Of a stretch of DNA of 64,000 nucleotides, positions 30,585 to 56,058 are shown one piece after another. The notes below the pieces were generated by a model, which was not told where the DNA came from, searched no databases, and worked only from the letters and a program-made list of their open reading frames with translations. Origin of the DNA: Chrysomallon squamiferum (taxonomy: Eukaryota; Animalia; Mollusca); NCBI GenBank assembly GCA_012295275.1, contig CM022675.1, positions 9,486,001-9,550,000 of the forward strand, in the 5' to 3' direction. The translations under genes and the position numbers were made by a program. Position 1 is the first letter of the stretch. Every line of letters begins with the position of its first letter.

Positions 30585-31005
30585 TGCATACACATGCCTG
30601 TATTTAAGTGTTTACATCCATATACCCATATGGCTATGTTTAAATATTGACAGACATATACACACATGCCTGTATTTAAATATTTACATACATATACACA
30701 CGTGCCTGTATTTAAATATTTACATACATATATGCACATGCATATATTTAAATATTTGCATACAAATACACATGCCTATATTTAAATATTTACATACATA
30801 TATACACATGCCTATATTTAAATATTTATATACATATACACACACATGCCTATATTTAAATATTTGTATACAAATACACACATGCCTATATTTAAATATT
30901 TGTATACAAAACACACATACCTATATTTAAATATTTACTTACATATGCACACATGCCTGTATTTAGGTATTTACATGCTTAAACACACATCCCTGTATTT
31001 AAACT
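30585..31005. repeat. ~32-36-bp minisatellite (acacatgcctatatttaaatattt..atacatat) in the presumptive UPP 3' UTR
   Basis: About 12 degenerate copies starting ~75 nt after the stop codon. Confidence 0.9.
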
Positions 31006-31567
31006 CTGACATAGGTAATCAATATAGAAACTAGTCATTATGAGTGCACACATGTTGAAAACAAGCTTTAACATTTTTTTTTTTAGCATAAATATGTTTT
31101 TTGGTTATTTTTCTTAATGACTAAACATTAAGATATGTTTCATTTAGACACACATTACTAAATAATAAATTTGTGTAAATAATTTTTGTGTCAAGAGCCA
31201 AGCTAGTATATTTTAAAAAATAGATTGAAACCAGACTTAAGAATAATTTTTTGACATAAATATATAAATAATTTTAAGCACATAATTATTATTCATTTGT
31301 AGTCAAATGATAATTCTTTTTTTTTTTTTTTTCTCTTTTTTTTAATCAGTTAATGATATTTATTTCTTAATTTTAAAATTATTTTATTTTATTTTATTTT
31401 ATTTTATTTTATTTTATTTTTTATGCTTTGACTTAAAAATTACTATATGCTTGCTTTAACTTAACCCCAATCCCAGTTCAAAAGAATTCTCTTATAGAAT
31501 TCTGATTCACTATTTGTAAAGATACCAGATTTCAAATTCTTTAGTCAAAATCTGCATTATTTTTATT

Positions 31568-31598
<31 letters not shown>

Positions 31599-32810
31599 TT
31601 TTATTATATTTTTTTTTTTTATTTTGGAAAGGATATGTAAATGCATTTTATGCTTTTAAACATTTTTTATGTGTTTATTACTATATTTTTGTCCTGTTCC
31701 AATTTTCTAAAGTATTACTTACATATTTAGATGTGTATATGTATTTATACTTTTTTTTACATATACCTGTATACGCATAGATACATGCAAACATACATAT
31801 ACCATATATTTTATTTTGTTTTACCTATTTATCTGTTTATTTATCCTTCTACAGAATACAGAATATTTTTCTATTTTAAATCTGTTTTAGTAATTTTGCT
31901 GTGCATGTGTATGTCTGTATATGTGTGTTATACATATACAGGAATGTTATAAAATTCTTGAGTTGTTTTAAATTTTATAATACATAATAATACTCTGTAC
32001 ATAAAAAAAAAAAAAAAAAAATTCTAGAGAGCAAGTGATAGCAATTTATTGCAATGTTTCATAAATTTGTTTCTGCATTTAAAAATGTCTACATACCTCT
32101 CGGCCATATGATATACAAATTTAGTTAATACTTCAAAGTTCTACAAATATATTCAGCAGTTTATTGTTCAGTAATGCTATGAATCATTTTTAACAACAAC
32201 ATAAATATAACCACTCTTTTTACACTTGTTTAAATTGCATTAATGTCTGCCTAGATTGTAAATTATATTACCAACACTCTTTACTAGGTGTATTAGATCA
32301 TAAAATGTTTATGTCCTCCTTCCTTTACTGATTCATTTTACTTGTATGAATATGTAAACTATGAACATGTATACTCCATGGCAACCCTGTGTAAAATATC
32401 TGGCCCTGATCTGTTATATTCTGCACCTGCGTCTTTCGACAAAAGTCTTCTTAATGTCAAAAAATGAAGTGACGAGAAAAACAGTTTTACATCTATCTTA
32501 TCCTTTTGTGTGACAATACAATGAAATTATGTGTTCCCAAAATACAGTTTGTTTCAGTTGTTGTAAGTGTTTTAAAAGAATCTCAGTTAATTTCAAACCT
32601 GTGCTGATATAAAAAAAAAAAAATGTATTTAGTATAAAATATATATATATATGTTTTGAAGATATATAAATATTTGAATTATATATAAATGTTTTAATGA
32701 TATATTTTTGTAGCATAAACAAAGCCTACACATGATTTAGGACATTCTTTTAGAAACAGTAGTATTACAGCTTTGACAATGAAAACTTGCCAGAAATAAT
32801 AATAATAATG

Positions 32811-32853
<43 letters not shown>

Positions 32854-33244
32854 TATATCTCTGTTTATATAAATATTATTATTAAATAAATACAAATTTT
32901 TGACCAGTAACATTATATTTTTCTTCATCAATTTTACTATTTTTGCCAAGCAATTCTACAGCATGAATATGTATAATCTGTACATTTACTGTTGCTGTTT
33001 ATATTGCTTTATTATTATTATTATTATTATTATTTTGTTTTTGTAAATGTCATTTGAACTTTTTCATGTATAATACTTGTTAATTAGTGCTAGAGTACTT
33101 GTAGAATTAATTATGGTCATGTCATGGACAACAAAATTTTATAACAATTGAATTGCTTCATTACTTTTTCTGACTATCAGTCATTTAAGAATTAAAGATT
33201 TCTAAATATATTTGAACACTCAAAACTTTTTCTGTTTTAATATA

Positions 33245-33490
33245 ATTTTCAGCACTAGTCCCAAATTTTAAAAATAAAATTTAAATACAGAATTTTTTTT
33301 TATTTTGATATGATCTTTTGCACCAGTCCCAAATTTTTAAAATAAAATTTAATTACAGAATTGTTACTATTTTAGTATACTTTTCTGTACTAGTCCCAAA
33401 ATTATAAATTTAATTTAAATAAAGAATTGTAACTGTATTAGTATGGTTTTCTGCAATAGTCCCAAAATTTTAAAATGAAATTTAGATGGA
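33245..33490. repeat. ~68-bp degenerate tandem repeat, 4 copies
   Basis: agtcccaaa(t/a)tt..aaaataaaatttaa.tacagaat recurs near 33256, 33325, 33391 and 33457. Confidence 0.8.
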
Positions 33491-33934
33491 GCATAGTTAT
33501 AGAATTAATTGGATCTTTGTCTAGTTTATCATCAGTGTAAATAAAATTTTCAAAATATGTTTTAAATAAATGGACTCTGTGTGTTTTTCAGCTTTCGTTG
33601 TATTTCATCTAACACAGTGGGCTTTTTTTTTAACTTTATTTTTTTAGAACCTGTTTTTTAAATATTTTTTGAAAGTTTATGACACTTAAATAGAATTTTG
33701 TTCTGGACATACAAATACAATGAATTATGTTATGAAATTAAAAATCTTAATTTTATATATATATTCTTACAGTACACTAAGGGAATGCTACTTTGATAAA
33801 TGTATTGCAATATGGAATTAAAAATTTAAGGATTAAGATTTTATGTAATATAATTTGATAATTTTATTATTATTACTATGGATCATTGTTCGACCCTTGT
33901 TTAGCATCATTTGAAGTTTCAGTATAATATTTTA

Positions 33935-34255
33935 GATCATTTAATGTTTTATGATTTAATATTTAAGAATATTTGATGTCTTAATCTTATAATAAGTATT
34001 ATTTGATGTTTTATTTTTATGTTTTATTATTTGATGAATTATTTTTTGTTTTATTTAAGGATATTTTTGATGTTTTAATATTATAATAAGGATTATTTGA
34101 TGTTATTTATTATATTAGGGATATTTTTGATGTTTTAATATTATATTAAGAATTATTTAATGTTTATATATTATATTAAGGATTATTTAGTGTTATTTAT
34201 TATATTAAGGATTATTTTATGTTATTTATTATATTAAGAATCATTTGATGTTTTA
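33935..34255. repeat. ~30-bp AT-rich minisatellite (tattatattaaggattatttgatgtt)
   Basis: About 10 degenerate copies. Confidence 0.8.
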
Positions 34256-34372
34256 AAGTTGCATTATCTACCATTTGTTGTCCAGCTTTATCTCTGGTTA
34301 CAAATCATATATGCTAGATGATTCCTGAAAACCTTTTCCACAAATTTATTTATTTATTTATTTATTTATTAC

Positions 34373-34430
<58 letters not shown>

Positions 34431-34438
34431 TATTTATT

Positions 34439-34474
<36 letters not shown>

Positions 34475-34795
34475 TTTACATTATAAAAGATCTGTACACA
34501 ATAATTTTATGAAAGCATTCCAACAAGAAAGAATAGCTTTAATTTCAAATTATAGAAAATTACATTTTAAATTTAAATCCATTGGAACTGATTGTAAAAT
34601 TTGAATGAATATATATTTTAGCAACATTACTAATTTATTATTTTAGAATATGACTACTAGTAGTGATATAGCTACTAGTCCTTAAACTAGATTCATAAAA
34701 TGGGTACAGCTCCTGAATACTGGAATTTTAAAAACATTCCATAAATACGTAGCTTTAATTTATAAGAAAACTAGTAAGGTATACAATTCCATTAT

Positions 34796-34831
<36 letters not shown>

Positions 34832-37658
34832 AGGAATTAAATAAGTTTAATGAAATATTAAAATCTGTAATTATTTGTTAACATTACTAAACTGGTAAAG
34901 GAAAAAGAAAAGAAAAAAAGCATTCCTGAATCCATACCTTTAATTTAATTATTTCAAAACTGGTAAGGTTATATAACTAAACTTATTTGTTTTGATTGTT
35001 TGTTTTATTTTCTTGTTGGATTTTCATAACTATTAAAGTGATAAAGAAAAACTTGAATTATACTTTGAAAAAAAAAGAAACAAAAAAATTATAAAAATAA
35101 TGTGAAAAGAAAAAAGAAAAGAAATAATGAAATAATAAAAATAAAGAAAAAGAAAAAAAGGTCCATAATGGAATTATAAAAATATTCCTTACATTCTTAT
35201 CTTTAAATATTTTTTTGAATTATATCAAGAAAAGCATCATTTACTTTTAAGTTGATTTTATTTAAAAATAAATAACAGAATCTGATACAAATGTAAATGA
35301 ATACCAAAACAGGATATTTTGTTATACATACTCAATTATGTGAGTAAATGTTATATTTTAGTTTAAATAATCATATATAATGAATATTTAATGAATATAT
35401 TTCATATATTATTCTCTTATTAAAATTAACTTCATATTAATTAATTTATTTCAGTTTTCTGAGAAATAGTACTTTTATAGGTTTTGCAGATTGGTGCCAA
35501 ATAATAAAATCTATCACAGATTTTTGGTGAAAAAATCGGTATATTAATTGGATTTAAAAAAATATAATGCACATTTTTTTAATATAGAATTTAGCTAATG
35601 TTTTGTAAAAGGTCTGTAAAATTGAATTTTATTTTGTCAGTTTTAAGATATTACTGATACCACTAATTCATACATATCATTTTATTCAATATTTTTATTA
35701 TTATTATTATTATTTTCTAGTCAATTTCTTAGAATTTTAAAATTTATACTAAATTTTAAAGTTGTTAATTATTGAGGAAAGTATGAACTGCATTCTACAA
35801 TGGAAATTATGAACTGATTTAGAGAAAGAGTAATGAACTTAGGAGTGGCTTGTGAAAAAAAATGCATTCACAAAATTAAATAATTTTCAAATGTCATTGC
35901 TAAACTGTTACTGTAAATTTAAAAATTTGTAAAAAACATATAAAAAAAGTTTTTTTAATAATAATTTAAATTAAGTTTCAGTTTTAAAATGTGTAATCTG
36001 CTTCCATCACAGTCATACATGAAAAAAAAATAAAAAGAATAAAATAAAATATAATAAAATATAAAAAAAAAAAAATAAAAATATAAAAACCAGTAAATGA
36101 AATATTTTAGAATTGTCTAGCTTCTTATGGATATAAATTCCTGTCCACTTTTAAAAGTTCTATTTCCACACCTTTTTTTTTTTTTTTTTTTTTGCCTTTT
36201 TTTTTTTTTTTCATTCTTTTTCCCTCATAGTAAAAATCAGATGTTTTTGTTTCAATGAACATTAAACTGTCTACCTCCCAGTATTAACAAATCTGTGACC
36301 AAACGATCCATTAGAATAAAATAATAATCCTGGACTCTGAAGAGATCTTTCATTACCAGGCTTTAGAAAAGACATATAACTTGGGCTTTGAAGAGGACCA
36401 TTATGTGGTTTTAAAGAGGACTGGTATTACTCAGCTTAAAAAAGAATCCAATTCTGGGCTGTGTATAGAAAAGTCAACACAGGACTTTAGAAAGAAAAAG
36501 TCAACACAGGACTTTAGAAAGGAAAGATCAGTATTGAGCTTTAGAAAGGTAAAATCAGCTTTGGGCTTTAGAAAGGAAGCTTCAGTAGTTGGTTTTAGAA
36601 AGGAGTGCCTGTAGTGGGCTTAGAGAGGTTTACTGTTTTGGGGCTTTAGATAGGACACATTATTTTGGTGTAAGTACGAATTTAGTTTTCTTGGAGTTGG
36701 GGATGAAGAGAACAGAGATCCATCTAAATTCTTGGTCCTTAAGCAAAACAAGTTCTCTCAATTTGACGTCTGTCCCCCATCCAGTTAAAGTTCATCCTTT
36801 GGCAGGTTCGATAAAAACATTTAGTAATTAAAAATACACCTAAGAATATTCAAATATTTCATCTGTACCTGTTATTGTTAAATATTTTGGATATACAAGA
36901 TACCCATTTTCACTTTGGTGATTTGAAGAGGATCAAACTTGCATAGCTTTAATGAAAGATGTTATTTTTATCTTTGTAAAATATGTTATTGTTTTAGATG
37001 TTATAATGAATACAGTTTTGTAGCAGATATTTTTTAAGTTATAAGGTATGAATATATTTTATATATAGATGTGTATATTAATAATATATATCTCTGTGTT
37101 TTGGGTGAAAGTTTTTCATTTTATTAGCAAGCTAGATGTTTCATTATTTAGACAAAATGCATTTTTAATAGTAAACATTATTATTATTATTATTATTATT
37201 ATGGTAATGGTGCAGGTTTTTAACTTTTTGGGGGACAAAATTATATTAATAATATTACCGACTTCGAAATGTTTACATATAAATCTTTATTTTGAATTTT
37301 AAAATTTAACTTTGAATAATTCTCTTAATGAAAGGTTTGTTATCAAGTAATAGTTATAAAAAATAAAATAAATTTATCCTATTCATTTGAAATAAATGAT
37401 AATAAATTAGGATAGTAAAATAAATCAAAAAATAAATATGTTTTATTTTTTTAATAATGTATTTTTTTAAATGTAAACAAAATAATTTATGGAATATTCC
37501 CCACTGTACTTGTATTTAACAATAAAATTAATCTAAGAATAATTAATTTTTTGATTATTACAGTTATGAATCATCTTTATTAACAGTATTATTTTTTATT
37601 ATTATTATTTTTGATACAGTTATATGAAGTTAGAGAACTTTTTAATTTTTTTTTTTAC

Positions 37659-37689
<31 letters not shown>

Positions 37690-38130
37690 TATTTCAAACT
37701 TACACTAGTCACATCACAGTTTCTTCCATTCATTTTTCCATGGACAGGAGAGTTGAAAACATTTGATATAAATTTTGTTGGTTTGTTATTTGCATGCATT
37801 GAAAGAAATGCCTGTCGATTTTAATCACATGTATAAATTTGTGGGAATGTTACAGGTTTGCTGATGTTGATTTACAAACTGGAATGCTTCTTTTGTCTTT
37901 ATTTATTACTAATACTGTTGTGTGTAGTTACTATTCTGTATTGTCTTGTCTTGCTTTTTTCTTAGCTCAGGTTGTCACTGGTTCAAATCTCATCTGTGGA
38001 ATCTCCTAATGAGCCATGCTGTACAAATTTCTTCATTTTTTTATTTATTTTATTTATATATATATATATATTTTTTTTTTAATTTATTATTGTTATTATT
38101 ATTGTTGTTATTATTATTAGTTATTATTAC

Positions 38131-38187
<57 letters not shown>

Positions 38188-41091
38188 TATTATTACTATT
38201 ATTAGTATTATTTTTTAAAACTGGACGTATTTATTAAGAATATTTGGAGTTAACAACATTAAAAAAATAAAATTACTAAAATAATTATGAAACTTTTAGT
38301 GTACCTTTTGTTACACAATAATTTTATTCCTATTTTCAAATTGTGTATAAACTGTGTTAAAAGATTCACAAAATTTAAATAAATAAATCAGTGAATGAAT
38401 AATGTTTAATACCTCCATGAAAGATTAAACTGGATGGAAACATTAAACTCTATTCGCCTTTTTCATGACATTTTGACATGGTTTATATTCACTTAGTTTT
38501 TTCAGAAGGAAATTTGTGTCCATTGTTTAATCATAATATTTCATAAATACAAAAATACCCATTATATTTAGAGATGATTGCATTATTAATCATAATATTT
38601 ATAAATAAATTTAAAAAAAAAAGAAATATGTACACTTTAGATCTAGAGATAATTTATATTATCAGTGTAAAATTTGTGCTGACTGTAAAGTCCATCATAA
38701 TATTTATAAATAAAAAGGAATGTGAAAAAAACAAAACAAAATGTTTTGAAACAATTCACTACCAATTTGTTTTATCAGAATGAAATTTGAGATGACTGTA
38801 CAGTTAGTTAGTTAATCATAATATAAACAAAAAAGGATTTAAAAAGATTTTTTTGTTTTGAAATAATTTAACATCAGTTTGTTCTATCAAAATAAAAAAT
38901 TTCCTAACTGTATGATCATATCTGTAAATGAAAAAAGAATTTTAAAATAATCCTTTATTTTATTATTTATTTTTTTTTTTTCAAAATAATTTATTTTTAA
39001 TTATTTTTATAAAAATGAAATTTGTACTGGCTGGCATACTGGTAACATAAATATACAGAATTAAAATTTTATGTATAACAAACCTCATTATACCCATGAC
39101 GTACAGATTTTTACATTCTCATGCATCTGTAATATATTTTCATTTTCATCAGTTGTTTTATAGTGCTTTGGAAATTTTGTGTGCAAATTTTACTGTATTT
39201 TACTGTGATTATACAAATATCTCCCAGTATATCCCAGTTTGGAAATATTTTGTACAAATTATACTTTTTGCTGGAAGGAATTCCTTTAGTATATACTTTA
39301 GTGTAATCTCAAGTAAGTATGTATAATATATACAGTATTAGCGGCTTGAAAATGTGTTGTTCAAATTTTAGTTAATATCTGCAATATAAAGTCTTTTAAA
39401 GTGTTTTCTTTAGTATAAGAATTTATTTTTTTTAATAATTTTTGTCCATGGATTATGACAATCCTAAGTTTACTTGCTAAAAAATATAAAATATGCCAAA
39501 ATATTTATATGATAAGAGATATTTTCAGTTTTATTATGTGAAAATATATATATGTATCATGGAACAAACTTTTAAAAAATTATTCATTATAGGTATTGCT
39601 AAACTCTTTAAAAAATAATAATAATAGTGAAAAAAAAACAAAAAAGTTTGGGTGTCCACATATTGCTAAACATTATCTTATTTATTTCAATCTTTTTTGC
39701 TCCTTATACAATTCAGTTAAGGTTTTCTGTATTTATTTATTTTTATTTTTTTTCCCAATTATTCATATTTAGCATAGTTAGTTTCCTGTAGCCATATTTT
39801 TGTTGTTGACTTTTAAAAAAATAATAATTTGGCCATCAATAACTAAAGATGATCAAACTCTTGTTGTTATAATCTGTTTCATTTTAATTGTACTCTTCAC
39901 ATTGTTAGATTTTGCATTTCTTCTTTTGTTTTGTCCTCAACATTATTCAGCTTGTGCGTATTATAATCTTTACCACATTGTGAATGGTCTGGCAGCTAAA
40001 ACTGATAGCCAGTTTTCTTTAATGGTTTTCATTTGCTTTTGCTTCTTTGTTATTTAATATTTTGTCAAGTCCCAGTGCTTTTAAACCATTAGTGAAAAAT
40101 GGCAATAACAAGCACTTGCTTTTTTCTTTTTAACAGTAATTTGTGTTTTTGCTTCCATTTTCATGCTGTTTGAAGGGAAATAACTCTGTTTGTGCACTGT
40201 TTATATAGCTTATTTCTGACAATAAAATGGTTCAAGTTTTCCTACAATTGATTTTGTTTTTTCACTTGTATAAGACAACTGCTATATATATATTTTTTTT
40301 AACATTAAGACTACCATTTTGGTGGTATATTTACAAAAAAAAAAAAAGTAAATCTCAGAACAGAACAAAGAAGAATAAAAATCCACCACATTCTGTTTAC
40401 TTTTTGGAAAGCACACTGGCTAATAACAGAATACATTATACAATAAATGATGCCATTTTATTTAACCTTTTGCTAGTGTGTTACTTTATCAGAGCAGTAC
40501 AAAGTCTGGGTCAACAACTGCCAGTTCAAATTCTTGTCATTGACTTTTGATCCACACTTCAGAAGTGAATAGCATAATCTAGTATTGACTGGCTTTGCTT
40601 ATTAGGTTTCACAATTTCTCACTTTATGAACATTCTCAAACATTTTCATTCTATTTTCACAACCATAATTTGTATAAAAAAATCGTCAACATGAATAGCT
40701 TATGTAACCCACTTACAGAATACGGCTGTTAGTCTTTTCTGTAGTAAAGTGGCAAAATTTGATCCTTGGTACAAGTAGATGATAGCTGGGTATGGATTAG
40801 ACTCGATAAAAATGTAATATGATGTGACAAAATTATGTTACAACTCAAAAGCACTGACTCTGTTAACATACAGGGAAAGCTAAAATCGTAACCATTATAG
40901 TGTCCAACAGATAGTTAAAAAATTGAAGAAAGATAAATTTAACTAGACAATACCTAGGCACTGTAGTGAACTGATGAAAATGTGATGTGATACTGTTAAA
41001 ACTTGAAGTACTGTGAATGCTGAAGTGGTAACAAATGCAGGGTGAATGAAAACTGTGACCACCAGAAGTACTCAACAGGTTAAATTCTCAT

Positions 41092-41409
41092 AATGTGGCT
41101 GAGAAATCATTTTGAAAAGGGAGGAAAATAAATAAATAAATAAATAAATAAATGAAAATCCATATCAGTTAAAATCTTCTTGATTACCAATAAAATAGTC
41201 TAAAGTTGTAAAATTTACAATACAGATGAAGTATTTTTTCTTTTTCGTTTAATGTGGCTGAGAAATCATTTTGAAAAGGGAGGAAAATAAATAAATAAAT
41301 AAATAAATAAATGAAAATCCATATCAGTTAAAATCTTCTTGATTACCAATAAAATAGTCTAAAGTTGTAAAATTTACAATACAGATGAAGTATTTTTTCT
41401 TTTTCGTTT
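41092..41409. repeat. Perfect 159-bp tandem duplication
   Basis: 41092-41250 and 41251-41409 read identical, including the internal (AAAT)n length. Confidence 0.93.
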
Positions 41410-43954
41410 TTATTGTTCAACATGATTGATCTAACATACAGTTTGTGGTAGAAACAAGAACATTAAAATGAAAAATGCAAAGATTTATTTTGTAATTAAA
41501 TACAACTTTTAATAAAATGTGGCATGCCAGAAGATGCAATAATAATTCAAAGACGAAAGTTTCTAGAATTTGTTTTAGTTGTAGCTATTTTTGTTCTTCT
41601 TTTTTTTTTTTTAAATTTAAATTGTGATGTTTCAGGCAAACTGAAATGTTGATACACACTAGACTTGCTCTGCAATGTGATATGGAAAAAAAAAAATAAC
41701 AAAAAAAAAAAAACAAGAAGAAAAAATAAATTAATATGTGAAACACAATTATACCCCAAAATAATATCACCCAGGTTTGTATTGACATTAATCCTACATG
41801 TGTGTCAAGGAAGTATAAATACAAAAACAACTATAATAAAAAAAAAAAAAAAGACAACGAAAATAAACTGAACATAAATAATAACCGTAATAGAAAATTC
41901 ATTCATTAAATAAAATGAAGCAAGAACAAAAAAATAAATCTGACAATAATAATAATTAAAAAAACACACCCTCCACTGTCACTGATAAAAAAAAAAAGTT
42001 TAAAAAATAAAATAATTTCCAAAAAAAAAAAAATATATATATATATATTTACATATACACACATATATAATGACATAACAAAAGATAAAATTAAAAAAAA
42101 TAAATAAATAAATAAATAAATAAAACTAAAACAAAAACCCAAAACACTCATATATGAACTGTGTAACTAAATTTTGGACAGACTCAATAGACAGATGTAC
42201 AGACAAATGTACAGACAGTCTGAAAATATTGACTGGGTTAAAGAAAAAAAAAGAAAAAAAAAAAAAAAGCATCGTAAAACAATGAGAAACTGGAAACCCA
42301 CTTTGTACAAACTGGTTATGTATTGAGAATAAAATACCAAACATTACTATGAAAACAATTTGTCAGTTGTCATCAGAATTCAGAAATTCTGAATTTTTTT
42401 TTTTCCCTCTGCACATAATAAATGTTAACACATTTGAAGAACATGAAAAGAAATTACAAAACTTTCACCATTATTTTTGAGATTTCTGTTTTATGTAACC
42501 TGAAATGAAAATGAAGGTATCAGTAAAGCTAGTAATTAAATAAAGCTAATTTTGTGAAGGATACATCTTTTTATTTTTATTTTTGTTTATTTTCCAATCT
42601 AATCTTGCCAAGGGAAAAAAAAAACACATTTTCAAAAGACCTGAATTCAAATCCAGACAGTTTGATTCTTTATAATCTCTGTTTACAGCCAGGATTTTTT
42701 AATTGTTGCAGAATAAAATTTTTAACCACATTTCAGTAATTCATCTGTACTGAATAGAGACCGTTTTAAAATTTTGTTGAAAAAGTAGCCGTCTTGAAAT
42801 ACAAATTCCTTCATCAATTCTTGGAATTTTTCAGAAAACTGCTTGTCTTTTTATAACAACTTTTCATTATAATATTTCAGCATTAATATTTCAAGGTAAA
42901 GTTCCATTTCCAAATATATTTTTTGTGTTTTTTAATATATTTTCTTCTGCAGAATATTATAACTTTCAGAATTATCCATCTTCATTTCTTAAGGGTTATT
43001 ATCACTTTTAAGAATTCTTCAAAGAAAAAAAGGATGTCATAAAATTCATTTTTCCGAAATTTTCAAATCGTAGATTCCACTTTCTAATAAAATAATGACT
43101 TTACACAACGCTTTCAAGAAAGTATGTTTTTCCTCAAAAATAAACTTTTTGTAATTTTTAGAATTCTTCTTCTTGAAACATCATTCTGTCGAAGACTTCT
43201 TCCAGTTTTCAAAAAAAATATTCATCATTTTTAAAGACTACAGCTACTTAAAGGATTGATCTTCTTTTCGTGTTCAGTTTTAATTTTTCACAGTCGTTAT
43301 TCCTCGGAACAAATTTTTGGTTAAGAGAACACTCCAGCTCAAACGAGCTGCGATGCAGACAACTGTCCAGATGTTCATGAATCACAGCATTGACACAGGA
43401 AAAACATTCAACCACGTTATTAACCAACACAAGGGAACTAACTTCAGTTTGGATGAGAATCCAAGCACAGACAATTTTCTTTATTTATACTGATTTAAAC
43501 AGGGCAGTATATTTTCCTCAAAGTATTTTTTTTTTTTTTTTTTTTTTTTTAATTAAAATAAAACTTTTTTTTCCATTTTTAAAAATTATTTAAGAAATGT
43601 AGATAGTTGAAACTGATTTAAACTTAATATTTTTTGTAACGTTTTAGCAAAAATTAAAATTTTCTTTTCAAACAAATTATCTTTTAGAATTAACTGTCAA
43701 CACCAGACCTAAAAATTTTCAAAATAATTTTTATTGTTTTTTTGTTTTTCATCCTCGAAGAATAGTTCCTACAATAACAGTAACTGAATCATTCAGCTAC
43801 ATATATATTTTTTTTTTTTTTTATATCTTTTTCAAATTTTTATTATTAATAATTTATTTGGAAATAAATATTTTATCATTAAATAAATTTCTACATGCAC
43901 AAAATGTTCAGGACATTACTTTCACGTCCCATTGAGATTTTTTCACTTATTTAT

Positions 43955-43990
<36 letters not shown>

Positions 43991-44084
43991 TAATAAAATT
44001 TCTGTCAAGTCCCAATGCTTCAGCCATGATGTTTGTGAATGTTTTGAGCCACACAAAGGGAGGTTAGCTATCACATAATAAATA

Positions 44085-54106
<10,022 letters not shown>

Positions 54107-55854
54107 CCGTGAATTGTCGGGGGAGGAAGAGGCACCCCGATCCAGATGGTCAGTCAGCTTGAATGTTGTTGTTGGATCAACGAGAAAAAAATCGAGAAAA
54201 CATCTGTAAGAAAATAATAAAAATAAGGTAAACGTTATACTGATTTTAAAATTACAGCAGTGGTTCCAAGAAAAAATAACTACGAAGTGAAAAAAATTAA
54301 ATACTTTTTGAAATACAAGTTATCATTGTCGTGGATTACATTTCCGTTATGGATTTGTGAATAAGAAAAATGAAGATGTTATCCTCACATCATTCTTCAT
54401 CAACTACTCTTGACCATATATATCTACATATACATATATAAGTTTAACAGTTATTCCTAGGTGTTTAAAATGGTTTATTAATACTCCATATTAAACAGGT
54501 GCAAATCAGATTTTTAACACATCAGCTACGATGACAAAAGGTTTTTCAGAAGTTATTGTTATTTAAACTTAAAAGAAATAAAACTAGGATAAACTGTAAT
54601 TAATTTTAAATTATTAAAAGAATTTAGAGTTTAAGAAAAAAAATAATATCATGTTTTTGCCAGTGGTATTATATAATACCTTTGTAGTACAATCAAAACA
54701 ACTTATTCTGGGAATTTAATTCTAAAATAAATATATATATACATATATAAATAAAAAAATGTATAAGAACTGTACTCCCTTTATGATTGATCTTTATTAA
54801 ACAGTAGTATAGTGAAACAAATCGTACTTTTTGATATTTTTAAACATATATATTTAAATGATCAACATAACGTAGGACATACAGGTATTTAATAATTTTC
54901 TCTGGTTATTAACAGTGACTTTTCATAACAGTGAACTGCTTTTTACTATTTTAGGATAGAGTAACCGTTTTCAGATGCCTTATTCATTTACCAGTTTTAT
55001 TAAAGAAATCAGTTTAGATAAAAATCAAGGTCTGTGGAACTGTTAGTCAGCTGACTGTCAAAATAACAGAACTGAACGAGAATCTATAAATAGGTTAAAA
55101 ACAGGAAGAAAAATATTACATCATTGTTATATGTGAACACTGATTAAGGATAAAACATAATTCTAAAATATTTCCTGACATGTTACAGTTACAGGTTCCT
55201 TTAAAAGAATTTAGTCTGTGTAAGGAAATCATAGTTTAAAGTCGTCTGTATGATGGGTCAGTCGAATCCGACCTGAGTGCACTGCCAGTGGTGGCCCAAC
55301 CCTGACAAAAGAAGCTTTTACCATAATTCCATTGTAAAGTCTCACCTGAGTAAGACACACACTTGAACAAAGTATCAAGTAGTCATTGAAAATGTATCTT
55401 TACACATCAAATAGGTATAAAAGAAAATTATCTGATGACAAAATTAGCGTATTTTCACGAATTTCCCAGAAATTCTGTCTTGGACACAGATTTTACACAT
55501 GCGCAGACAACTCGTGTCCTAGATGTGAAATCGAGGCTCTGAACCTTGCATGTCGACTGGTCTCCAGTGATTTTTGTAATCAACTGTAAGGCGGAAAGCA
55601 AACCGGTAAACAGTTTGTGACCTATTAACCTCATAAGTTATAAATGGCATTGCTTGTGCGCAAAAATCGGGGAGGTTGAATCAATATTGTGATAACGCAG
55701 TTTTAGAAACTTCAGGCTGAAAGAAACAACTTTTAGATATAATAATAATAATAATAAAATAATAATAACGTTTAGAAAATGTTTTAAGTGTATCTATTTT
55801 TATTTATTTATTTATTTTTTAACAAATATATATGTATAGAAACATCGAATTGGG

Positions 55855-55898
<44 letters not shown>

Positions 55899-56019
55899 CA
55901 CTTTTCAACACTAAAATGAATAGTTGATTTGGATTCTCTGTACCTCATTCGTGTAAATGTACTTTTTGGCCTCAAAACCTAAATCGTTCCATAATTGATT
56001 CATCTAAGGGTCTAGACTG

Positions 56020-56058
<39 letters not shown>

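Noticed and set aside
55250-55575. GC-richer patch with a small hairpin and B-box/SINE-like fragments (similar hints at ~26780 and ~63370)
   Set aside because: No complete tRNA fold, A/B box pair, tail or target-site duplication; not enough to call an ncRNA or SINE.
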